A stretch of 63,986 nucleotides of DNA, filler included, from Lenisia limosa (lineage: Eukaryota; Protista; Breviatea), in the NCBI GenBank assembly GCA_001655205.1. It is 10 parts of 10 records of this genome, joined end to end, with 100 filler letters (N's around TTAATTAATTAA, not from the genome) between each part and the next. Parts side by side here need not be neighbours in the genome. Positions count along the whole stretch, not along the records: positions 1 to 27,714 come from LPNZ01010119.1; 9 more parts are not named here. One strand, given 5' to 3'. Shown here piece by piece: positions 1-11,982 of this stretch (the first letter of the stretch is position 1; each line of letters opens with the position of its first letter). The translations under genes were made by a program, and so were the position numbers. The notes beneath the pieces are model-generated. The model was not told the origin of the DNA and searched no databases. It saw only the letters and a program-made list of their open reading frames with translations.

Positions 1-2475
1 TCCACTGTGCTGGCAACTATGAAGGCCGAATTTCTCAATGACGTCACCAAATTGTCCGACGCTTTGAAAGTGGGTGTGAAAGATTTGGGCAGAGGGGAGA
101 TTATGTGGAAGACGTGGGCAATATGATAACTGAAGGGAGTCACATTCAGCATTATTGATGGTAAAGGACGAAAGAACCAAAGCGTCCGAACTCTCAGACT
201 CCAACAAAACACTTGACTCGCAAAATAAGGTGCGCCATGGTCTTGCTGCTCTACCATGTAGACTCCACCCCGCATCTTGTCTTGGATTGGATATCTATTT
301 TAATCCAAGTTATGCCCCAGGTTCTTGAACACCAAATTATCGCCACCACTGAAGAGATCAAGCAACAAGCCGACAGAGAAAGGAGGGAGGAGGTTGAAAA
401 GGTTGGCTAACTGTTGTTGTCTAAATTGCATAAAGTGACCAGATTACTGGACCATGGTTAGGCTTCACTTCGGTTAAAAAAATACCGGTAAAATATCGAT
501 AGTTTTTGAGGATTTATTGAGAAATTCAGTCTTTTTTTCAAACCGAAGTGCCAACCTGGTACTTAAGATAAGTATACAGATGGTATTCCCAGATTCTTTG
601 TTTGTGGTAAAGTACCGTAACTTCACCCCCCCCCCCNNNNNNNNNNNNNNNNNNNNNNNNNNNNNNNNNNNNNNNNNNNNNNNNNNNNNNNNNNNNNNNN
701 NNNNNNNNNNNNNNNNNNNNNNNNTTAATTTTTCTCCAAGATTTTTGAATCGCATCAAAAGGAGAAAGCTCAACTTATGGGGCAACTCAAGGACCTGGCA
801 AAACAAATGAGAAAGTCGGCTGAAAACAATGGATTATCTTCTTGACCGCTTCTTATTGTCCAAGGGATGCCTCTTACCCCCCTCAGCCAAGAAAATGATA
901 ACCGTTCACTGGAGCAACGCTGTTCTGATCTTCAGGCGTCTTATGATACTCTTGAGGTTGGTCTGATGTTATTGAGAATAGCGATGAAAATCTCAACAGT
1001 TAATCCGCTCTCTTATTGGCCCTCTTATTGGAATAGGCCGACTTCAATGACACTTTCTGTGTTCATTCTGACGAAAAGGCCGCGGCTGAGGTGGTGCATG
1101 AAAAAGAGGTTTGAAGGCCGTGTTCTTACGTTTATATTCAGTAAAGGCTGTTGGGGGTTTATAACGGTTGTTGGGGGTTTATATGTTTTCATTTTCACCC
1201 CACCCCTGTAGCTAAATGAGCTTCGAAATCATTTGGCTTCAGCAGTGTCCAAAGCTGAAGCAGCAATTGATCAAGCAAATGGTNNNNNNNNNNNNNNNNN
1301 NNNNNNNNNNNNNNNNNNNNNNNNNNNNNNNNNNNNNNNNNNNNNNNNNNNNNNNNNNNNNNNNNNNNNNNNNNNNNNNNNNNNNNNNACGCTCAGGTAA
1401 CTTATGATAAGTATCAAATAAACAGACCCATTGCTTCTCACTTTTCAGAGTTTAAAATCTTGTCGATTGATATTTGTGATGTAATATGCCGCAGACCTAG
1501 ACCGCATGCTGCAGACCGAATCAGCCGGGTTCTCAGCTCTCAAAGACCGTGCACGTGACCTTGAAGACTGTGTCTCCCAACTGGAGGCCAGAGTGGGCTG
1601 TCTCCATCAATGCACATATACGATCTCATCATCTAAGATCTCAATTACATTTTCCAAACATATAAGGATTGACACTTGTGTAGTCTGTGGAAGATGCCAA
1701 CAACATTGCCACTTTGAAGGGTCTAGTTCTCACAGCCAAATATACTGCAGAAGAGGCTATCCAAGACAGAACTTCAGTGAGGAGCATTTCTATTAAATAC
1801 CAACGTCATACTCCCCTCAGTCCTGTCTGTAACTTCTCAGTCCTGTCTGTAACTTCTCAGTCCTATCTGTAACTTCTCAGTCCTATCTGTAACTTCTCAG
1901 TCCTGTCTCTTAACTGATTTGAATTGTCAAAACTCCAGAATTGTCACAATTTATACCTTCACCATGACAGTTGGAAGCAAAGCTGGCTGCTTCCCGCGAG
2001 GAGTGTTCGAATCATGCCAAGGAATTGGAACGCACTAAGTCCGAAGTCACAAGTGTCAACCAAATCAAGGTGGTCATGGAGGAGATTCTTTTGCATTCAC
2101 AACTTCCACTTCTGTTACCATTATGGGGAATTGTAGGTTCTCAAGACACTTTACTGACTCCGAATGAGGACATGCTTGGATTTCATCTTAACCACCCAGG
2201 ACCTTATTCACCAGCTAACGGGAGACGACCCATCATCAGTCCACCTTGCTGATAGAAGGTTGCTGTAAATCCTGAGGTGTTTTATGTATACTATTGCTTT
2301 CTTNNNNNNNNNNNNNNNNNNNNNNNNNNNNNNNNNNNNNNNNNNNNNNNNNNNNNNNNNNNNNNNNNNNNNNNNNNNNNNNNNNNNNNNNNNNNNAAAA
2401 CAGCAGGTTGACGTCTCAAAAAAAACCTTGAGACAAATGGAAAATATTGATTGTATTGCCTCCACGCTTTTCTGA
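1..2475 (+). CDS. Multi-exon coiled-coil protein, 5'-partial, function unknown
   Basis: GT-AG-bounded exons give heptad-like E/K/Q/L-rich peptides (LLMVKDERTKASELSDSNK, QENDNRSLEQRCSDLQASYDTLE, LEAKLAASREECSNHAKELERTK). Last exon ends ...IASTLF, TGA at 2473-2475. Confidence 0.7.
459..552. mobile_element. hAT-type MITE family A, degraded right end
   Basis: GGCTTCACTTCGGTT...AACCGAAGTG with the family core GATAGTTTTTGAGGATTTATTGAG. Confidence 0.75.
1821..1915 (+). repeat. 20-bp tandem repeat, 4 full units plus a partial, intronic
   Basis: TCCTRTCTGTAACTTCTCAG repeated head-to-tail. Confidence 0.95.
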
Positions 2476-2764
2476 ATCACATGGAGTATATATCCCATGC
2501 CTTACCTGTTACGTCATTGGTGGGAGGTGAGGTACGTCAGGTACTCCCGGAACGATGGACATGGGGCCATGGAAGGTCATGATCGGGTGGGTGGTGAGGT
2601 TGGCCGTGATGCCCCTGGCAATGTCAAAGTCGAAGTCCGTGGGTGTCCGGGGTTGGAGGCGGTGGTGAGGTCGTTTAATAAATGTAGAAAACAATATCAA
2701 AATAACTTTAGATGCAATTTTTTGACTATGCTCGGCTCTCAAATATTTTCCCTAACAAATGTGT

Positions 2765-2855
2765 TCCCTTATAGTGTAGTCGGTAACACTGTTGGCTTTC
2801 AAGTTCTTCGGAACAAAGCCCCCAGCCACCCCGGGTTCGATTCCCGGTGAGGGAG
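2765..2855 (+). tRNA. tRNA-Glu(TTC) with a 19-nt intron (2802-2820)
   Basis: Acceptor stem TCCCTTA/TGAGGGA, D stem GTGT/ACAC, anticodon stem GTTGG/CCAGC with TTC at 2798-2800, T arm CCGGG-TTCGATT-CCCGG. Intron lies after position 37. Oligo-T Pol III terminator follows at 2856. Confidence 0.92.
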
Positions 2856-3260
2856 TTTTTTTTGCTTCTCTATTGTCAGTTTTTTTTTCTTTTTTTGTCA
2901 GTTTTTTTTTCTTTTTTTGTCAGTTTTTTTTTCTTTTTTTTGTCTCAGTTTTTCTTCTTCCTTTTTCAGGGACGCATGGACTGCGTCTTTTTCTTTACTA
3001 TTGCAGTATACCCCAGAAAAATGATGGGAACGGTCACCATGCTTATCGCCTTTCCGTTTACAATCCTGAGTGCCTCCTTCCCCGATGTCTGGGAAGTGCA
3101 AAAGCGACTCAGTATAAGCGAGACGATGGCAATATTCAACCAGTTTAATAGTGTGTTTTTTCAAGGTGTAATACGCTGGTAATACGTGATGTGATTTGAC
3201 AAGATAATGGAAAAATAAATAAATAAAAATACAACTACTTAATACCTGACCATAAAAGCA

Positions 3261-5750
3261 CTAACCACAGTCGCTATTAGGAGGTAGGCCTGAACGGCCA
3301 TTTTCACAGGACCCACAATGGTGTCCATCGCCACTGTTTCTCCCAAGACGGTAGCCGCAAAGCTTGCAACCTGATCCAAGAACACCCACCCAAGAGCTAC
3401 TGCAGCCGTCAGGGTAGTATGAGCTGGTGCACGTGCACTCTACACAATATTACGTCGATATGGGGAACATTGAATTCTCTTCCAGTACATGTGATGTATT
3501 ACAGAAGATTTCATTTCAAAGACTGCAAAACGGTTTCATTTTCGTTTTCAATTATTACTTAGTCAAATCATAATTCCAAAAGTGAAGGGGGCTTTTTGAG
3601 GAAAGGGGTATTACTTGAAAATTTACAATAATAACAGTGTATGCCTACTGGTGCATAGATTCAACCCTGAGTTGTCTCCATAAGATGCAACAATACAGGA
3701 ACCACATTGTTCAGGGTTTGTAGACGGCTGCCTGTAGATTGTGTCCTCACAGTCTTAGGCGTTAGTAGAAACAAATGTAATTAAACTGGTGCAGATATTT
3801 ACCTTGGCAGGAGGACGTCGTTGATAAAGCACCTTCAGTTGTATGATAGGCAGAGTCCAGACATGTTCCACAGGATGTTCCTGGGGTATCCTTCCTTAAC
3901 AACATTCTACAACTGTTTTGACACCTGAGTAGTTATTTGAAACAACTTTTGCTTCAAACTCACTGTCGGTCAGCGGATTCTGTACACGGTGTGGTCTCGT
4001 AGGTACTGTCATAGCACTGAAAGCAGTCTGGAAGTTACCAACAAAAGTACTTCACCCTACTGAGACACTTGGACACGCCACCATGATACTCCCCCGCCAG
4101 GTTATATGCTTCATCTTTGCATCGTCCACAACTAGGTCCTGTTTGTCCAATCCGATTTTGGGCACTGCATATCGAGCACTGGCCAGCGTGAGTGTCTGTT
4201 GAGATTACAACGTTACTGACACAGGCCTACGCGTGCAATTGTACTTCTGATAGTAGTTTATAGCCGTGCAGTCCACGCATGCTGGAACGTAAGTTCAGTC
4301 AATAGAGAAGCTCAACCTACCAGTGCATGAGGTGTTGCCTTGGAGGTAGTCTTCTTCAGTTCCTTCTGAGCTATAGAAATTGTCCTTACACTGCCCGCAT
4401 AGCACCCCAGCCTGGGGCTCGCGATTAAGATCGTTACATAAGCCACATACGTCCGATGAATCAACTATGGTAGTGTCAAAACGGGTGCAAGTTCGAGTGA
4501 GACGGTTTCAACTCATACCCGTACACTCTTGTAAACGAAACTCGGGGAAACCTTGACATTTGCTACAGTCTACAGAATAAGACCACCACCGAGAAATGAA
4601 TTGCCACCTGAGTAACACAGCAGGTCTTTGTCCCAGGTTCCATTAACACAGCTTGCATTTTCGGTGTAGAATGGAATGCTTTGGCTACCACAGGCCCCCT
4701 AATTAAGTCAAAAAAAAACTTGCCCAGGATTGGTGGTCACTAACCGTGAGGCTGACAGAAGCCGATAAACTGTCGGCTGAAAATACAACATTTGTCAATG
4801 TGACGGTCAGTGTGGTCGCCGGGTGTAGACACGTGTAGACTGGATTATCAGACCAAGACTATTGATATGCAAGTATGTAAGTTGATATTTGGCTCAATTG
4901 CATTTTTAAGGGTGGCTTCTAGTTTGGAGAGAGTTGTTTTGCGGCTTTGTTGAGTTACATAACCACCCATAATTAAATCACAAAAACATGATATGGCAAT
5001 AAACTAGCCCCTTACCTAAGTCCTTTTGGTTGGAAAACTCCTGGATAGAGTTAGTATGAAAGCACACATAATCGTAGTAAATGACGTACTGTTATATTTT
5101 GGAAGTCATCAGTAACATGGTTATTGAATTCACTGAGCTAAAGTGTTAGAACCTTGTAGCATCGTATGACAAGACCTCACGTTCTGATTGACAAAGATCG
5201 TTGTGCTGACTTGCAAACTCCTTTCTGACCCCAACACTCCAACTTTGTGGAGTCTACGGTGTAAAAACCCATCTTATCAATCTACCATTCTATTTTTTTT
5301 GAAAATACGAAATTAAAAAACATTTTATCCATTGCGAGGGACTTCCTCAAAACAAACCTCAGGCTGCAAGCTTGCGAGACGTACAACAGAAGGACCCATA
5401 TGATGATAAGGCCCTTATTGCCCATCATGCCAATGGGCAGTCCTGCCCTGAATGGTGAAGGCTGTTTGACTGTTCTGGCTTCTGGGGGTGGTAGAATCAC
5501 ACGGAATAAAGAAATAAAATATATGTGCAGTACGGAGGATTTACATGACAACTGTCCGGATTATGCATATTCTTGGTAAGAACAGGTATAACATCTCAAC
5601 TATAAAAAACTATTACCATGAGTACGTCTCTCTTTAGCAGAAGTAAATGCCAGTGGTCAAGACGCCCAAAAAAATTCAGATCCAGCAGAGCCTACCGCTT
5701 ACCACGATATGACGACAGACAACAACGACAACAATCTCGAGCAACAATCT
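3261..5750 (-). CDS. Multi-exon cysteine-rich, probably secreted protein (TNFR/laminin-EGF-like CxxC repeats); 5' end approximate
   Basis: Minus-strand exons: ACGSQSIPFYTENASCVNGTWDKDLLC, GVLCGQCKDNFYSS, GPSCGRCKDEAYN, CFQCYDSTYETTPCTESADRQ, GTSCGTCLDSAY, HHCGSCENGRSG...DCG*. Stop at 3261-3263. Confidence 0.7.
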
Positions 5751-6362
5751 TGAGCAATCAATCCCAATTTTAATCTTTCTATCTTTCTATTTTTCCTCCA
5801 TCTTCTTTCAACAAAGAAGAATGGTTCCCGAATGATTTCCTCAACAATTTCTCTTCTACAGTCAGTGTTCCAGATACGGTATGACTGATAGTTGTAGGGG
5901 GGATTGTTTGGTCTCCCTATTTCAAATTTCAATAATTTCTTTGATTTATTTATTATCTTATTATTTACTTGTTGAGTAAGTGAACTGTGGATAAACTGCA
6001 CACAAACCACACAAACCACGTTAGCGTACACTGCGTCCTCACTGCGTCCCCAGAAAAATTGATAATAATCGAAACTCATTTCCTTTTTTTGCACAGGTTT
6101 TTTTTTCTTCTTCCGCCTTGAATCGCTTTATATTAAAGCCTTAAAACTAGAAAAGTGGCAAACTTTTGCGCTGGTTACTCTCTTTTGCCAGGTAAGATCA
6201 CACGCAGTCTGCCTTCTGAGCTGTACTTGTGAGATACACATACTCTAAAATACTTAATAGCTGGATCACTGAAGGATTGGCCCTAACAAGCCTGAAATCT
6301 GTTCATTCTCTTTAATATGATTTGCTCTTCAGTTGTGTACCTCCCCATGTAACCCTTCAGGA

Positions 6363-9300
6363 ATGTCTTACGTCCAGCTGCAAGATCCTTCGCAGGTGGA
6401 GGATGAGGCTCCTCGTTCAGAGTTCGCACTCGCATCACACCCTCTCTTATACTCTTATACTATATCTATTTTTTAGGGTTGTAAGGCAAATGATTGGGTG
6501 AATTAATATTATACTATAATCCAATATCTCTTATAAGTGTGATGGTGTGGACTGCTTCGGCCAGATACTACCTTATTTTTTTTTTCTCATTGCTAAATAA
6601 GAATAATTGTTTATGATATATCTTCATAGCGTGCCATCAAACTACCAACTTGTGCATAAACATCTCTTTAGTTTGTGTAAGTTCTTGTGCGTAGCCTCCT
6701 TTTTACACCCAGTTCTTGTGTGTAGCCTCCTTTTGGCTGAGACAGAGCATTCTTCGCTTTTTACACCCCAGGCTGAGACAGAGCATTCTTCGCTTTGTGG
6801 ACAGTCTTGGGTGTCAGGTAAGTTGAACCCAAGGAATTAACTTTCGAATAATTACTGGTCACCATACCACCCTCTTTTTGTATTGACTTATCCCTAAATG
6901 AACTTAAAAAGCTTAATCTTCTCCTACTCCTTTCAAAGAAAGTAAAATTTTCCTTTTGTGCCAAATTTCCAGTAACATTATTTTAGGTGTTCGTCTTCTT
7001 AGTTGTTCTCCTTGACGTTTCCCTCTTGTTATATGATGTATGCTAGGGGGCTTCACTTTGGGTAGAAAAGAGTATTGTTATGCATGTCGATGTTTTCAAA
7101 AGTATTTATCCATACATACCTGCTATATGTTCACAATTTGTCTTTTGGAAACAATATTGCATCAAAGTACCAACCCCCAGGTGTTCACGAATAGCGACCC
7201 TGGGGACCATCAGGTGATCTTTTCGATCTTGATCCTTACCGTCCTCTCGTGTGAAGTCGTACTAAGGTGAAGGGAGATGGGTTAATGTCTGGTTGTTGAT
7301 ATATTTCTTCTACTTTTTTTTGTCAAACACCAAAAGGGGTTTAATGAATGCAGATGGTTTGCTCTTGGAAACGATGACTTCTTCAAATCAAAATGGAACG
7401 TGGGGGGGGGGGGGGNNNNNNNNNNNNNNNNNNNNNNNNNNNNNNNNNNNNNNNNNNNNNNNNNNNNNNNNNNNNNNNNNNNNNNNNNNNNNNNNNNNNN
7501 NNNNNNNNNNNNGACATTTTGTAGATTGCGGACCTGATCATTATTCTCCTGTCCATCATCTCTTTCATCACAACGTTCTTCATTTCGCGCCTGGCTATCG
7601 CGGGTCGTGTTGTGCGTGGTGGCATCAGAATTTCCAGAATCCGTGGGAGGGGGATAAGGTACGACAGTTCTCGTCTTTTACGTCAGGACTGGGTGTAGGA
7701 GTGAAAGGAGTTAGAATTTTGTTTATTTTGTAGTTCTTCAAATCCAGAGGAGACGGGCCAACCTCAACCAAGCAACAAGATCCTTTGTTACTCAGGTGGG
7801 GATAAAACAGGTGGTCCAAAAAATAATACTTGATACTGCCGAAGACAAATTATCACTTCGTTTATCCGTCCTCCGCTATGGTTAGATTTCAGGGAGGGCG
7901 TGGACTTATTTAGCTGGGTTTTTTTCTGTATTACCTTGTCTTGACCGGTGTAGAATAAACAGCGGTACCAGCAAGATGGGTTTGACCTTGACCTCTGCTA
8001 TTTGAACAGTGGGGCAGGCTTTTTCCTTTGGGTATAACTAGAGCTTCACTTCGGTTCGAAAAAAGACTGAATTTCTTGATAATCCTCGAAAACTATTGAT
8101 ATTTTCCCGGGTTTTTTTGAACCGAAGTGAGGCCCTAGGTACAAATGACAATTCCTTGATGTATTGATGACATAATACTTGATTATACTGAGTTTCTCTT
8201 TTTGCCAGTGAGAGCACTCTCATTATATCAATTGAATAATTCTATCACTATGGGGTACTTTGCTTATAGGGATTCACTTCAGACAAGAAATACTGATATT
8301 GTATGGGTATTATTTATCAATAGTGCATCAGATGTTAGGCTCTTTTTTTTGATATGGAAGCGAAACCTCATTGAGACCCTTTTCATCTGTGTCAGCCAAG
8401 GTGATAGTCATGTCCTTCCCAGCTGAAAGCGCCAAGGAGCGCATCTATCGAAACGATATCAAAGGTGCGTTACCTCTCCTGTTCCCTCCACCCTTCCTGC
8501 TTTTCCCTCCACCCTTCCCCTCCACCCTTCCTGCTATCCCTCCCACCTCTCAATGGTTCGTAACTGTTTGAAACTTTGTTTTATCTCAGGGTTTTGTTTC
8601 TCTTTTGTTTATTAATTCAAAAGCGGTATTTTACTCCCCATACCCATCGTTACATTGTATTTAGGGCTTCCCTACGGTCCGAAAAAGACCGTTAAAATAT
8701 CGATATTGATCGAGGATTTATCAAGAATTTCAGTCTTTTTGGAACCGTAGGGAAGCCCTAATTGTATTCTATTTGTTCTACCCTGCCTGTTTCCATTGGA
8801 CAACACTCAGTGCGTTAGAGGTTGCGCGGTTCTTCAACACGAAACACCCAGGAAGATACCAAATTGTCAACACCTGCATGTTCAAGGACTACTCCACAAC
8901 TTTGTTCAATGATAACGTGGTAAAGTATGGGGGGGGGGGGCNNNNNNNNNNNNNNNNNNNNNNNNNNNNNNNNNNNNNNNNNNNNNNNNNNNNNNNNNNN
9001 NNNNNNNNNNACTGAGGGTTGAATAGGGCTTCACTTCGGTTCAAAAGACCGAATTTCTCGATAAATCCTTGAAAACTGTCGATATTTTACCGGTCTTTTT
9101 CGAACCGAAGCAGTGAAGCCGCACCCATACATAAGTGATATGTATCGACTTCATTACGTTTATCTGGGTACAATACAGCTGCTTTGCGTTTATCTGGGTA
9201 CTTAGCTTTGCGTTTAACCAACAACCGCGTATTTCACACTGTAGGTTTGGGATACAGGATCACAATGTGCCGTCTCTCAGCCTTATGCTGGATTTTGTCA

Positions 9301-11912
9301 GATGGGCTATGGTAAGAGGCTGCTCACAATCAGTCTTTTTTTATGCCGAGTCGGTGGTTGCCTCGTGAATTTGGTCTTCCAAACCTGTGAGGGTTAACGT
9401 GCAGCTATGTGGACGATATACATTATGATATCATTATAGTAATATTCAGGGATACACATAAAGTGGGACCCAGGACTCTAACCTATTAGGAGTGGCTACA
9501 AGAGGACATGGACAACGTAATGGCCATACACTGCAAGGGCGGCAAAGGTTTGATGCTAAGCTGGAGCACCATAGGGTGAATATGAACAAGTATGTGCTCG
9601 GTAATTAATGCATAGCCATTGAAGTAAGGACAATCTTCAGACTCAACTTTTTTTGCCATTTTGAGCCAAGGTCTTTCATTATCAACATCAGCACCATTAC
9701 CCATTAGGCCGAACCGGGAGCATGGCGTGTGCGTGGCTGCTGTGGAACGAGGACGTTGCCAATGCTGATGAAGCTTTGGACACTTTTGCAAAGAGACGCA
9801 CCGATGCAACAAAGGGCGAAAGACAGCAGGTGGGTGGGGTCTTTACTTTGATGTATTATACGGTGGGCAGTCTTATTAAAACAATATCACTACTTTTCTC
9901 CATTTTCTACCTTTATTCTTATTACTAGGGCGTTGAAACGGCCTCACAAAGACGCTATATCCGCTACTTTGACAGAATGCTATCAACTCAGGGCAGAACA
10001 GAAAACACAGTGGGCTTGTGTTCACTGCTTCAAATTTGCCCTCTTTTGCAATTCTTGCACTCAGTATTGTGTGTGTGGATGCAACAATTGTTCGTATTTT
10101 TGTTTTTCCACCCTTGCCTCAAGCCAAGAGAGTTAGTCTTATTGTATTATGTGTATATGATATGCTGGGGAGACACGTAGAAAGCTGTGAGTATTAATAT
10201 TCTATAATTCAACATCTCTATAAATATATCATATGATATATTATAGTATATTATAAATATAATATTATTATGATATATTGTATACATACTATATATCATA
10301 TCATATATTATAAAGTATATCACATTTATTATTAATCCTCCTAGGAGCCACCCAGCCACACCTTGATGCTGGAGTCAGTATCTATCCATATTGCACCCTT
10401 CATTGACGACCCTGCTCTTGGCGTTGAGGACTGGGGTGCCTTGAGGGTTGTTGNNNNNNNNNNNNNNNNNNNNNNNNNNNNNNNNNNNNNNNNNNNNNNN
10501 NNNNNNNNNNNNNNNNNNNNNNNNNNNNNNNNNNNNNNNNNNNNNNNNNNNNNNNNNNNNNNNNNNNNNNNNNNNNNNNNNNNNNNNNNNNNNNNNNNNN
10601 NNNNNNNNCTTGTGCCTTGAGGGTTGTTGTCTGTGGGGTGCCTTGAGGGGTTATCTCAATGGAAGTGCACGGCAAGATTTCATCAATATTCTGTTCACTC
10701 TTCCAGGACAAAGCACAGTGGTGATCTCAGGTCATTTGGCACTTATATGCTCCCACGAAACGGCAATAGAGTGAGTCTCAAAAACAAAATTTATTAAAAT
10801 TGATTACTGAGAATTAACTTTCGTAATTTAAGGGTTGTCATTTGATTTGTTATTCTTGCCAACATTTCTGCTGCCAGCTAATTATATTGTTTTCCCTCTT
10901 TTTCTGTCCTTTTGCTCTGTATCTCATTTTCAGCTTTCATTTTAAGCTCAANNNNNNNNNNNNNNNNNNNNNNNNNNNNNNNNNNNNNNNNNNNNNNNNN
11001 NNNNNNNNNNNNNNNNNNNNNNNNNNNNNNNNNNNNNNNNNNNNNNNNNNNNNNNNNNNNNNNNNNTCGGCCTTCCGAAGCCCCTTGAAATTCAGTAGGT
11101 GCTTTTTTTGATCACTACCTGAGGCTGAAATATTGTCTAATGATTTAGGGGCGACACACGCATAGAATTAGTTGGTAATCTGAGAGGCAAGGGAGAGACT
11201 TTCGTCATTGGATTATGGCTTCATGCTGGTATGTTGTCTTCCTCTTTTTTATTCTATGCTAATCGCAATACCCTTCTTCTTACCCTTCTTCTTTGACTTT
11301 AGGCATGGAATTTGAGTCCCTCACAGCTGATGGTAACGTTGTGGAGCCTGCTTTGAGGTACGTAGGGGCTATTATGAAGAGTTATGACATAATATGCCAC
11401 CCGTAGCCCCCTCTTACCCCCCTCCCCTTACCCTTTTTGACCACCTTTTGGGTTTAGTATCTTTACGCCAATATTCATCGAAATTTCCTTCGTTTTACTC
11501 CCCCCAGATTCACGAAGGGCAACATCGACCGCAACCGCCACCTGCCAAGCGGGGTAAAGAGCCCCTGGGTGAACATTTCCGATGTTGACGTGGTGACTCA
11601 GTTCTCGTCATTGCCAACTCAGGTGTAATGGTTTATGGTTAATGGGGGTAATGTATTTCTGTTTTCCAGTCTGGGCTGTAGGGCTTCACTTCGGTTCGAA
11701 AAAAGACTAAATTTCTCGATAAATCCTCAAAAACTATCGATATTTTACCGTTATATTTCGAACCGAAATGAAGCCCTACTGGTCTGTCATTGAAAACCAT
11801 TTAGTATTTCTCGGTTAAGAAGCAAGAGAAACCTTTCGCATATCAGCTGGAAGTTACCATCAGCGTCATGAACGGGGTGGGCTCTGACATTTGCTTTTTG
11901 CTCAGTCAGTGA
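6363..11912 (+). CDS. TPTE/VSP: Voltage-sensing phosphoinositide phosphatase (VSP/TPTE family): voltage-sensor domain, PTEN-like phosphatase, C2 domain
   Basis: Spliced reading gives S1 VFVFLVVLLDVSLLLYD, S2 VIFSILILTVLSCEVVLR, S3-S4 IADLIIILLSIISF...AGRVVRGGIRISRILL, linker VTQNKQRYQQDGFDLDLCYLN, VIVMSFPAE...IYRNDIKEVARFFNTKHPG, IQDHNVPSL, catalytic IHCKGGK|GRTG (9529-9547 joined to 9708), GVETASQRRYIRYF. C2-like exons continue to a probable stop at 11910-11912. Confidence 0.92.
6484..6590 (+). repeat. Intronic dispersed repeat family C (reference copy)
   Basis: AAGGCAAATGATTGGGTGAATTAATATTATACTATAATCCAATATCTC...GTGATGGTGTGG...TTCGGCCAGATAC...TTCTCATT; recurs at 16735, 41655 and 44145 and in reverse at 36935, 49545, 53735 and 59530. 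Confidence 0.85.
8039..8137. mobile_element. hAT-type MITE family A
   Basis: TA(G/A)GCTTCACTTCGGTTCGAAAA...GAACCGAAGTGAGGCCCTA; flanks GGTATAAC/GGTACAAA (6/8). Confidence 0.85.
8662..8760. mobile_element. hAT-type MITE, subfamily A2
   Basis: TIR TAGGGCTTCCCTACGGT...ACCGTAGGGAAGCCCTA; perfect 8-bp TSD ATTGTATT (8654-8661 and 8761-8768). Confidence 0.92.
9024..9120. mobile_element. hAT-type MITE family A
   Basis: Near-consensus core; right TIR has a small insertion. Confidence 0.85.
11679..11778. mobile_element. hAT-type MITE family A
   Basis: Full 100 bp TAGGG...CCCTA; TSD CTGGGCTG/CTGGTCTG (7/8). Confidence 0.92.
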
Positions 11913-11982
11913 TTTCTATGATCCAAGTTTCAATAGAGATTGTACTGCAAAAAAAAATAATAAAAAAAAAATATATATATGA

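Noticed and set aside
2792-3182. Phe-rich and Lys-rich ORFs overlapping the tRNA
   Set aside because: They arise from the T-tract repeats downstream of the tRNA; no splice support or recognisable motif.
6250-6430. Small minus-strand ORF MRVRTLNEEPHPPPAKDLAAG
   Set aside because: It is the antisense of the first VSP exon, whose + strand frame splices correctly into the S0-S1 exons.
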